From: Massalongia carnosa
Taxonomy: Eukaryota
Assembly: GCA_965645245.1 (NCBI GenBank)
Contig: OZ287068.1
Span: 2,728,001-2,792,000 of the forward strand
Length of the DNA: 64,000 nt
Reading direction: 5' to 3'
Shown one piece after another: positions 12,786 through 23,328 of the stretch (its first letter is position 1; every line of letters starts with the position of its first letter). The notes beneath the pieces were generated by a model, which was given only the letters and a program-made list of their open reading frames with translations, made no database searches and was not told the origin of the DNA. Position numbers and translations under genes: made by a program.

Positions 12786-12898
12786 GATGCAGGCTTTCAT
12801 TCATCGAATTCAGATTCATAATCCTTCCAGCATATGAGATACCATGTGTCTTCAATAGAAAACACCTGTTTATCGACAATGCATTTCAATTCGTAAAA
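12786..12898 (-). pseudogene. Degenerate chromodomain fragment (possible chromovirus/Gypsy relic)
   Basis: Minus frame reads FYELKCIVDKQVFSIEDTWYLICWKDYESEFDE*KPAS, matching the chromodomain pattern YE..IVD..YL..WKGY..D.W with a stop. Confidence 0.6.
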
Positions 12899-13144
12899 CT
12901 TACTTGGTTATGATTCACGCCGCTTGACTCGAATAACGATTGTGAAAGAATTGTCATGACTTGATCAAAGCGGACTGATCATAAAAAGAAACTTATGAGA
13001 AAGATTTAAAAAAAAAAATTTAAGAAGTAACTTGATTGATCTTCGATAATTATGCGCTTGAGAAATTCTTAAAAGAATCATTCTCCAAACTGTAACAGGG
13101 GTGGTAATAAGTCACCTAAGCCACTGAGCCAAAAGGCTACTATG

Positions 13145-14471
13145 CACGCGGGTGACAAAATAAATTGCAACGTGTAAGCGAATTTACCCCTGAATGCCCC
13201 ATCAAAACACCCTCCTTTCTTTCAACTTTTTATCTCATCATCAATGTCTCGACCCAAAAAGCCTCATTATGATACTCCCACAAAGGCCAAAGTTCAAGGA
13301 GCTTATCAATTTCTCATCTCACATGCAATTCCATTCGATCCACGGGCCATTTTTCAGGAATTTGGCGTGGCCGAGCGCGCGGGCTATAACATCATCAAAA
13401 GCGGAGCTTCTTCTCGCACACGTCACAATTCTTCTCTCGTTGAGACTCGGGGTCGAAAGCGAAAGATTAGTGATGATCAGCTGAAGGAGGCAGATCACAT
13501 TCTGCAGGATCAAGATCTACAATTGGAAGGAAAACGCTACACATGGGATGCTTTAGCACAGGAGATTGGGGCCGACGTGATGGGACGTACAATGAAGAGA
13601 ACTCTTAGAGCCGCCTTGAATTATCACAAATGTCTAGCCTGTGTCAAAGGGTGGCTGGCAATGGCATCAGAAGAAAGAAGAGAAGAATTTGCTACAGTTA
13701 TGTTAAATAAATATCCTCGGTCCGAAGACTGGCATCGCGTACGATTCAGCGATGAGATTCATTTTGGCTACGGGCCTGAAGGACAGTTACGAATCATTCG
13801 TAAGCCCGGAACAAGATATCGTTGGGATTGTATTCAGCATCGTGATGCACCACCTGAGAAAGATCGTAAAAGAAAGCACTGCTGGGCAGCAGTTGGTTAC
13901 AATTTCAAGTCGGATATCTACTTCTACGATGTGCCCAGCAATAGCAATGGAAAAATGACTCATCAGGTGTATATTGACGCTATTCTTGATCCCGTCGTCA
14001 AGCCCTGGTTGGAGCGTGGAGATGACTTCGTACTTGAAGAAGATGGAGACTCTGGTCATGGCACGGGCAAGAGACGAAACGCGGTCAAAAAGTGGAAGTT
14101 AGATCACGATTTAGAGCACTATTTCAATTGTTCTTCATCTCCTGATCTAGCTCCCATTGAAAATTGCTGGCAGCCCGCAAAGCAGCATGTTCGTAAATTT
14201 CCTCATTGGGACGATGCAAGTTTGGAGCAGCTGATTAGGGAGGGATGGGCTCGAGTCAGTCAGGAATTTATCAATGAAAGGGTGTTATCCATGCCCAAAA
14301 GATTGAAAGAGGTGAAAGATGCAAAGGGGGCGATGACTGGTTATTGATCTCATGTAATTTAGATGAATTTTATCAGCTATGCAGATGATGGTTGATGATG
14401 AGATGAAAATTTGAATAAAAAAGGGGGGGTAAATTCGCTTACACGTTGCAATTTATTTTGTCACCCGCGTG
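13145..14471 (+). mobile_element. IS630-Tc1-mariner-like DNA transposon (DD38E), intact, 46-bp TIRs, CTATG flanks
   Basis: TIR CACGCGGGTGACAAAATAAATTGCAACGTGTAAGCGAATTTACCCC at 13145-13190 and inverted at 14426-14471; CTATG at 13140-13144 and 14472-14476. Confidence 0.92.
13244..14347 (+). CDS. Tc1-like DDE transposase (367 aa)
   Basis: VRFSDE, CWAAVG, EEDGDSGHG, SPDLAPIENCW; 38 residues between second D and E. Confidence 0.92.
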   Translation: MSRPKKPHYDTPTKAKVQGAYQFLISHAIPFDPRAIFQEFGVAERAGYNIIKSGASSRTRHNSSLVETRGRKRKISDDQLKEADHILQDQDLQLEGKRYTWDALAQEIGADVMGRTMKRTLRAALNYHKCLACVKGWLAMASEERREEFATVMLNKYPRSEDWHRVRFSDEIHFGYGPEGQLRIIRKPGTRYRWDCIQHRDAPPEKDRKRKHCWAAVGYNFKSDIYFYDVPSNSNGKMTHQVYIDAILDPVVKPWLERGDDFVLEEDGDSGHGTGKRRNAVKKWKLDHDLEHYFNCSSSPDLAPIENCWQPAKQHVRKFPHWDDASLEQLIREGWARVSQEFINERVLSMPKRLKEVKDAKGAMTGY

Positions 14472-15411
14472 CTATGGTAGTTCTCCTATGGAGACACTAC
14501 CGCTTATTACACCACATAGGTGCCCCGCTCCCGGTACGTCACCGTACCTACTTAGGCGCTCATGTATTGCGCCTGCTGGCTAGCAGTACTGAGTGCCGCT
14601 GTAACACATGTGTCTTTCCTCGAAAGTTTGAACTATTCGCCGAGAAGCTGGCGGAACGGCGACTGATTTACTGATAATGACCACGGTCTGAGATGATTGT
14701 TCGTAAAATTGCATAGAGTTCATATTAACAAAAGGCATTATAGCTTCGTAAATGAAGAGGTAGTTGAGAATCGTAAGAGTTAAATAGAATATCAGGTAGA
14801 GAGAAGACTGCATGAAGTATTATAAACTGCCTAGCGCGCCAAGGCTCGCAGGGCTGCGCTACACCTATAAAGGGGGTGGAGGATAATTTACTTTCTTTCT
14901 CGAATGAGGAAATGTAAAAATATCAAGAAAACAGTGTACAACAAATCCTCAAAATATGATGATCCTTCAACGCTACAATTATCGTATTATCAATTAATTC
15001 TCCGACTTCTCTAAAGTGTGAACAACTACTCAACCTAAGCCTTGCTTAAGTTATTTAATGGTAGCCGCTAACAAGTACCGACTTCCGTCTCATGAAGCTT
15101 GTCTCTAGCTTTCAGTCGTGTGCGTTCTTCCCTTAGCAGGTGCGACTATGTGGCTTCAAGGTGAATATAGCATGAAGTCCTTCGAAGCTGGCGATAATGT
15201 GCTGGTTAGCACTTATCCTCTATTCGGAATCCTCGGCTTGTTGCATAACCACCCAATCTGTGACTCTGGTCGGGCGATTTTATAAAAAGGCTAGTACTTT
15301 CCCAACTTCTCTCAAGCTCTTACTATCTCTGAAAAATATCTATTTCTCCTCAATCTGATCCAGATACTTTTGCCCCCCAAACAGTTGCTCCAGGTTTCTC
15401 CGCTTCGCAGC

Positions 15412-17067
15412 ATGGTCTCAGCCACGGACGTTATTACCTATGTGGGTGTTCCTCTCGCTGTTCTCGGAGTGATGCCAATCTTATATACATTTATTTCGGC
15501 GCTCTACACAAGGAAGTATATTCGGCATGTTCTGCACAAGAATAATCTTGAAGCCCAAGTAAGAGCCAGGCTCATGACAGGGGTCGTCGAGGTGGATCTG
15601 CCAGTTTTTGAACTTGAGCCACTCCCTCGAGATGAGCCTCGTTATTGGACGCAGCCAGAACTCCCAATGTCGATTGAAGGAGCATCGTGGAGCCATTTTA
15701 ATTGGTTCACGAGGGAGATTGGCTGTATCTGCTTCCGCTTTCAACGCTCGGATAAAGTAAGGCTTCCAGAGAGTAAGATAGAATTTGAAAAGCTAGTTGT
15801 ATTTCTTCTAGATCGTGGCGCTTCTCCATGCTTGAAAGGGTTTTACGCGCTTCGCAATCGAGGCCAACAAACCACAGTTGGAACGGCATTGATGGAGGTC
15901 ATACTAGACTTTCAAGCAACTGCTATCCCAGTCCTAACTGTCGCTAAACCTGGTGACCGCCATGACTCGATTTCATTGCGGCTGCATTGGTCCAATGGGC
16001 TGGGCAAGAGAGACAACAGCTCTTTGCCTTTGTTTTGGATTCGTATCCCCGCATTGCGACCAGCCGCAGACAATACACAGAGTGATCTCAATGCACCCGC
16101 AAACAATAATCTTTCTATTCAGGAACAGGACTTTTATGTCCATATCGGAGTCAATGGAGTTGAAAACATCAGACCGAAAGCTAAAATAGGAAGTGATGCT
16201 TACGCGGAGTTGCACCCTGATCACCTTAAGCTATTTAAGCTCGCTGACACACACTGGGACGCCTGGCTCGCATGTGCAGCTGTCGCTGTATTTGGATTTA
16301 AAGAGAAGAGTATTTTTCGGTTCAAGCCGAGTTCGAAAGTTCTATTCTTCGGTCGAGAAGGTGAAATCCTAGTATGTGCCGCATATTATCTTGGTCTAGT
16401 TGATCGATTGAATAAAAAAGGAGAGTCGTCGCTTCCCAGCATGTATAGCCAGGAGGACATTCAGCCAACCGACGATTTTGGCCAACGAATCCTCATACAA
16501 CTTCAAGAGCACACAGAAAAACCTCCAAGAGACAGGATTAGCCACAAAGAGTTGTGGAAGCTATCCAAATGGTCAGCAGCCAAGGCACAGGGCAAAGTGC
16601 GATCTAACGTTGTTATGCGCTTTAAAGAATGTCCTGATGTGCCTGGTCTGATGAGTAAATATATCTCGATGCCGGAACTATTGAAGCTCTGTCTGCTGTT
16701 TCTTGGATCCCACCCTGTCACCCTCGGCTCACACCCTGTCATCTCTCTACCGTCGAAGCATTGGGAAGTTGATTGGTTTTCTCAAAAAGCTGCGGAAGCT
16801 ATCATTTGCGCGATGATCCTTGACCATGATTTTGCCAAAACTATATACTCCGAGCTCGATAACGTAATGGCTATATTTTTGGGGAAACGCGAGATTATAT
16901 GGGAGCAGTCTGGTTCATTCCTGGAGCGATCTGATGTGAAACGGTCAGGTAACTTCTGCTGTGCCATTGTCCTCCTTGCTCTCATCGGAAAACGTGCTGC
17001 ATACCTGCTGTCGGGAGAAGATATCGAGAGTTGTGAAAGGGAGTGGAGACTCGTTTACCTTTCGTGA
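15412..17067 (+). CDS. Hypothetical protein with N-terminal hydrophobic segment
   Basis: Long single ORF; likely ATG at 15412 (MVSATDVITYVGVPLAVLGVMPILY); no function recognised. Confidence 0.75.
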   Translation: MVSATDVITYVGVPLAVLGVMPILYTFISALYTRKYIRHVLHKNNLEAQVRARLMTGVVEVDLPVFELEPLPRDEPRYWTQPELPMSIEGASWSHFNWFTREIGCICFRFQRSDKVRLPESKIEFEKLVVFLLDRGASPCLKGFYALRNRGQQTTVGTALMEVILDFQATAIPVLTVAKPGDRHDSISLRLHWSNGLGKRDNSSLPLFWIRIPALRPAADNTQSDLNAPANNNLSIQEQDFYVHIGVNGVENIRPKAKIGSDAYAELHPDHLKLFKLADTHWDAWLACAAVAVFGFKEKSIFRFKPSSKVLFFGREGEILVCAAYYLGLVDRLNKKGESSLPSMYSQEDIQPTDDFGQRILIQLQEHTEKPPRDRISHKELWKLSKWSAAKAQGKVRSNVVMRFKECPDVPGLMSKYISMPELLKLCLLFLGSHPVTLGSHPVISLPSKHWEVDWFSQKAAEAIICAMILDHDFAKTIYSELDNVMAIFLGKREIIWEQSGSFLERSDVKRSGNFCCAIVLLALIGKRAAYLLSGEDIESCEREWRLVYLS

Positions 17068-18233
17068 TTACAAGAGATTGGAATGAGGGGAGATGTCTAC
17101 TCAAATGCTACTTGCGGAAATTTTTGACTTAATTACATTGTCTAGGAGGGTTCAACTTGATGAAGAAGAAAACTCATCCGAGTTTCAAACGTAGAGGTTA
17201 TCCGTTATCAGTCTCGAGTATCCACTATCGATATGTCTATACTCAGAGCTTTGATCTTGATGAGTACTTGTATTGTCTACTCGTGGAAAGAGCTGCGAGG
17301 ACCAATATGCAAGTCCCAGCTGTCGAATGTCCTATTCTACCCAAACAGAAGATCTTAGGAGCCAAATAACCTAGATCACAGGATGTGGTTTTGTCCCAAA
17401 CCAACTTCTAAAATTCATCCCTTTAAAACCATCAAATTTGGCCTCAAGCACAAGATAGCCACAAGTGTAAATAAAACCATCAATTTATTTAGGTAGAGAG
17501 CTGATCAAAAGCGTTACCACAATGACAAGTAAAACTGATAACCTATCTAGATCTTCAACCTAACACATTTCTCCACCAACCCCCCAGGAACTACCTACCT
17601 TTTCAAGTTTCCAGCAGGGCACTCACCACGCTCAAAAAGTAGAGTAGTGGTAAAACCTGCACTTACGCTGAATGAGAGTGGGATAGTTATCGAAATTGAG
17701 GAAAGCACAGTGACCTTCTAGGTATTTCAATCGCTCAAACTTGGGAACCTCAGTCTACTCTCTTATAGATCATAACTTAACATAATCTAGCGAGTAATGA
17801 AAACGAGAAAGACTTCTTTCCCCCCTTCTATCGCCGTAATAGAGGAGAGATTGAATAGAGTGAGTTAGTGAAAAACCTCTCATTGTGCTGTCCCTTTATT
17901 TATCCTTACTTAAAAGGCTTCCTAGAGTCTCTAGGGCTTATTTTTTTTTTTCATAACTCTATTCATATTGTGTAAATTATGTGTGTTCAGTAAGCAAAAC
18001 AAGAGCCATGAACTTCGTTCTCATTCAGTATAATTTAAATCAATTCCGCCGAAAAGAGAAAGAAAGTAAACAGAACTCGTCATTTCCTCATTTAGGATCA
18101 CCTCGTCTGTCGACACACCAGCCACTCGTTTCCCCTTACTATATTTCCTCCTGCACCCCTGTCATATTATTTCCCTCTTACAGCTAGGCACACTGGACTG
18201 AGTCGAGGATCAGTCTGTCATGTATAGGCTTCA

Positions 18234-18988
18234 TTATGCATTAAAGACAGAGGCAGAATGACTAGCGGAATAAGCTGACCGCCAACGACTTGTACGAAAG
18301 GGCCTAAAACGTCTAAGGCGTCGACGTTCAGCTCTTGGCTCCCCTGAGGTTGCGGTTGTTTTATCTCGGTAGTGACTCAAGAGTAGGATGGCTGCGAACA
18401 CCAAAACCATGATTCCAGCTACAACTCCGACAGAAATGTAACAGATGTCGGATTGAGGATGGGGATGAGAGGAAGCAATGGTTGGTGGTGTGCCTGCTAA
18501 CCTAGCTGAGGCGGAGGTTAGTGGATTAGAGATTGAAGGGGTTATCGTAATGCCTTCGGGTGGAACTGTAGCGTTGGGACCGGGAGTGATTATGGCGGAA
18601 GCCGTACGGGATGAGAGTGTTGCCAAAGAGGATGCCCTCAAGGGTGAGAACGGCGCTACTAAGTACGGATTCGACAACAGTAGGCCAGCGGTCAAACCAC
18701 CAATAGGACATCCACCATTGCACGGATCGGACTTGCAGCAGCCCATAAAGGGCGGCCTAGTAGCCGCACACATATACCAACGACTGCCAGATGACATTTC
18801 TGATCCGGAAACCTTCCATGATAGCTTGAGTCGAAGCTGGCGGGCTCAAGGTTACCGTATGTACAGCCACTGTTGCAGGCCTCGGAGGTGCAGCATCCCA
18901 CGAACTGGGACCCGGTGTTACAAACGTAGAACTCGCCTCCCAATGGGCATGAAGGAATGAAATCTTGACGCCGCAGAGGGGAGGACAT
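18234..18988 (-). pseudogene. Cys-rich two-repeat surface/membrane protein, frameshifted
   Basis: Two similar modules (CP.GG.FYVC...FVGCC..AC..GC and WYMC...FMGCC..PC..GC) in different frames joined by a 1-nt deletion near 18797; S/T-rich stalk and a TM helix follow. Confidence 0.6.
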
Positions 18989-20048
18989 GGCTATCTCTTA
19001 GTTAGGTGATGATGAGAGACCAAGGAAGCTATTGATGCTGAAGATGGAATCAGGGAATAAGAACCAGCGAAGAATATGAGATATACGATTCGGGCAGTCC
19101 ATAAGGGACAAAGCGGTTGAGACCCCGAAATCGATACAACGAAATCATCACAGCAGAGAATGCCTATACCCGCTAGCATTTGATTCTTGCAAATCTCAGA
19201 AGCTTGAAGCGTCTTCTGATGCCTTCTCAAGCCAAACTGTAGGTACAGATTGAAATTTTATTCGTCAGCCTTCTAGTTGTCTCGTTTACAGGATCAGGGA
19301 GTCTCGGATGGCAGCTTTCGCCATGCACGAGCTGCAGATGGTTCGGAGGGCCTTGTTCCTTCTTGTCACCAATACTATATTTGCAGAGAAGATGTTTGAA
19401 TTCACACCTATGGATGCATGATGGCGTCTTCTTGTTTTTCTTCTCTGTTGAATAAGTGTACAGCGTGGCTAAACATCGGCCCGTTCTATATGGCTTGTGA
19501 CTTGCGGCTAGAGTAGCACAGTAGTTAACTATCGAGTCACGTGTGAGCTCTTGAATTATTGGGGACTTCGCCTCCTTCACCTGCTCAATTACCACAAGCA
19601 TGCTTTAATGTTATGGACTTACTCAACGGCTCTTGATTTAGGACACGTGCATCAAAAGCAAGCCGAATCAAATGATTTGATTGGACGCGGAACACCACGA
19701 TATAACTCAAGCCTTGGGTGCGGTAGAAGGAGCTTTCTTACATTACGTTTTGATCAGACAAGGCTTTTATAATCGTTAATTTGCACTAACTTAGATCTCG
19801 AGTCACTTTCAAAAGAATGCTTAATGGTATGTAGAGGCTTCCCGCAAGCCGGTGTCCTTTTTTTTCTGGAATTTACAAAGAGCCAAGCTGCACTCCATTA
19901 CCATTGGCATCAACCAGCAAATACTTGATACTGACATATTGAGTATGGAAAAGTTATGGAGTTACCCCCCTGACTTTCTTCGGTACAGTTGAAGGAATGT
20001 TAACTTTGATGATGATCAATAAAGTATACGTTAATACTAACAAGAAAC

Positions 20049-21172
20049 GACGAGTCAACTATTCCATTGACCGACGAGGACGCCCCAAGAATTCATTAGG
20101 AGAGCGATTATCGCAAAATGTCTTCCTCTTCTCGCGCCATGCAGCAAGTGGAACTCTCATAACCCATAAAAGGAGGCCAAAGATTGCCCCCATGGCAGCA
20201 GCTGTTTCACGTTCACAGGGTACATAATCTGCTATCCAATCAAGTCAGCATTAAAGTGCCCCACAACCAGCCTTCCAATATGAGACGATGAGACGTACAA
20301 TAATTATCAGCAATCCTTACAAAAGTGTATCCTGCCAAGGCATCGAAACCGATGGACGAAAGGGTGAATAAGCTGGCTATTTTTTGACAAGACACGTCTG
20401 AGCAAGAGATATCAAAGACGGAACGGGAGGCTCACGTCGCGCTTCCTGCCAATAGTTTTCGACAAGGAGAGGAGCTGCGGCAGCCGTTGAAGCAATTATA
20501 TACTCAGCCGGCACTGCGCTTGTCGTTAGCAGCATGTTATTTAAATAAAATGACCGCCTACCCTCTTCAAGCACCATTGCCAACAGAGCCACAGTTGTAA
20601 CAATAGTTGATACAAAAGTGGCAGTTATGGCCGCGATCAATAACAATAGTTGATTTCCTGTCCATGTTCTTGCAAGTACTATCAAGCAGTTAAAGAGGCT
20701 TGACTTTATGATGCCTCCTGCAGCACCAACAACGGTAGCATGCCCAAATAAGTCCCTGTCGCCGTTCATAAGCCTGCCTATAAGTCCTATGGAGGCACCG
20801 GCAATGGCGTTGATCCCGATATCAATAAGCAATATGTGAAAATGCTGACATAGATAAACTAGCTTTTCAGCTTCAGGCCAACCAAACAGTACGAGTCGAC
20901 CGACCTCTTGGCAGCGTCGAAGCTAAGGGGATTAGCCGTTCACTTTTTTTCCTTTCCGAGATTTAATTTCCTGACTTACTGTTTTCTTGTTCTCCTACTA
21001 TGCTTCCAGGCAAAGAGGCTAATATGTCCAGCCACTTAGTCGAGGCAGGGCTCCGTGCTGGAGCTGGATTTTCCACGTCCGTAGTTTCGTGGAGCCGAAA
21101 AGGAGGGAATACAGCTTTGTGCAATGTTTGAGAACAGCTCCGTAAGAAATGCTGTATGGATTGGGGATTCAT
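20049..21172 (-). CDS. Multi-exon hypothetical membrane protein
   Basis: ORF pieces 21172-20963 and 20832-20377 (hydrophobic, G/A-rich helices) with intron-like breaks; boundaries approximate. Confidence 0.5.
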
Positions 21173-23328
21173 GTTGGGCGGATTTGAGTCGAGTATTTTA
21201 ACACGAACTGGAAACGAAAGATTGTGAGATGCAAATGATATCGGCGTGATCCTTGATTAGATATTTCATCACCGGATGAGCAAAGAGGGAGGAGTACAAG
21301 ATGCAGAAGCCATACGACGAGCAACAGTGGTACCATGAGTGGTCAGCTCTTACTTGGGAAGGAACGACCAGGTGACTCTTCCTAATCGAAATCCCTAAAG
21401 CTCCTCCAAACCCATGTTGATGCATATATAGTTTGTACGAGCTCTTCGTGTCTCAATCTCGTGCGAATAGGAGAGAATGGATAAGAAATATGTTGTGTTG
21501 ATATTCACCACCCTCCTAAGTTCTTTTTCAGTGATTTCTCTGACTAACACAAGGGTTTGAAACAACAGCAGGAGGTTTATATTAATAACTCAGTATCCAG
21601 ATGTACGAGCCTGCCAAGGGCGTAGTACATAGAAGCATCTCTCCCTAAAATGGCATTTTGTAATGATACAGAGTATTTTCTACCCCTGTTCCCCGCGCTC
21701 AACCTATTTATCTTTCATTTATTCTCCGTTTCTTATCTCTTAACATTATCCCCATGAAACTATCTCATCCCATAAGTCGGGCCCTTTTCTTGTACGTTTT
21801 CTCACTGAAATTCCCATAGAAACGCATTCGCTCTCAATATGCCGAGGCCTTACCAGGTTTATACTCCCAACCATTGCGGTTTCTCATGTTTAATTTACGT
21901 TGAGCAATCTGATCGCATAAAGTAGTCTTAAGCCTTAAGGCTCTCTCTCGAAAAAAAGAGGCGCCGTTAAACGCGTTTTACAGAAGCAGAACCAACCTGG
22001 ACAACGGTGCTGATGTAAGCCGAGAATGGGAAAAAAGCTAGAAGGCAGTTTTACCCACGGATAAGAGGCGATGCTACGAATTGCTGAAACCCACACCGAG
22101 GATCCAGGAAAAGAGCCCGAGAGCAGGAACTGAATATCTGCCACACCTACACCCCGGGACTCGGACAACTCCAGAGAGCCTATACCAGGAAAACAAATCC
22201 AAAAAAATCTCTGCCAGGGTTTGGGTTTGGGCTCCGACACGGAAAAGACCTAGGGGGGGAGGGAGGGGGGGAGAAAGGACGTTTGTTAGTGGAAGCGAAT
22301 GGAAAACTGAGCAGGCGCAGGGCTGTTTGTGCGTGCGAGCGGGAAGGACTGGGTTTGGCACAGGAACAGCAGTGTTTTGTGAAAGGATTGATCTGGATAT
22401 AGGTATGTTTATATTTTAGCCGAAAAGCCACATCTTATCATTGAAATCCAACAGATCCAGATCCAGATTAAGACCCATCATCTTTCTAATCCCACCCCCC
22501 CCCCCCAAACATCCCCCTTTTAAACCCCCCCCCCCCCCAGCTGCCCCCGTAACTAGAAATGTAATTTACATACAATGTGTGTTCCGAGCAAGCGGGACAT
22601 AAAACATGAAAAAAAAACCGGTTATTTATTTTATTTTATCTACCTATCTATCTAGCTATATATCAACCAGACGCGTAAGGGAACCCTTTCCTCAGCTTCC
22701 CCTTCGCTGTCGTTGTTTGGCTGATTTGATTTGAGTAGTAGGTGCTACGTTAGCTTAGATGTAGTTGCGGTCCCTTTCTTTTTTACGGTTTCTCTTTCCC
22801 TCTATTTCATTCCTTTTATGTATCTATTCCATTCCAGCTAATCCATCCATCCATCTAACTAAACCCCCAACACCTAACCAACCAAGTAAGAATATGAACA
22901 GGCGAATAGGTCGGTATCGATATCGATACCTATCCGCAAGGATCGCATATGGATATGGAAATAGAAATTGATATGAATAATGATAGAAGAAGAGAGGAAG
23001 AGGATAGAGATACGAGGCGGGTTGGACTAGTTGATTGGTTTAAATGGTTGATTGCTTGATAACTCGGTGGATGTGATGGACGGAAATGGGAAATGTAGGG
23101 TGAGATTGTGAGGTAGGGTGGGGAAGGGACGGGATGGGTTGGGATGAGATAGATAGGAGAGGGGTTTTCGTAAGAAGGGGAGGATCGATGTTGCTGGAAC
23201 TTGAGAAAACTAGGTATGTATATGCAGGCAAACCGTCAAAGCCATGAAAGATTCACAAAGAGCGAATGTCACCTACACACTACTTATCCCACTTTCTTCT
23301 CCCCTCCTTTCCCTCCCTCCCCCAAAAA

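Noticed and set aside
13091..14606. Possible solo LTR (TGTAACA...TGTAACA) hosting the DD38E element
   Set aside because: No matching target-site duplication found.
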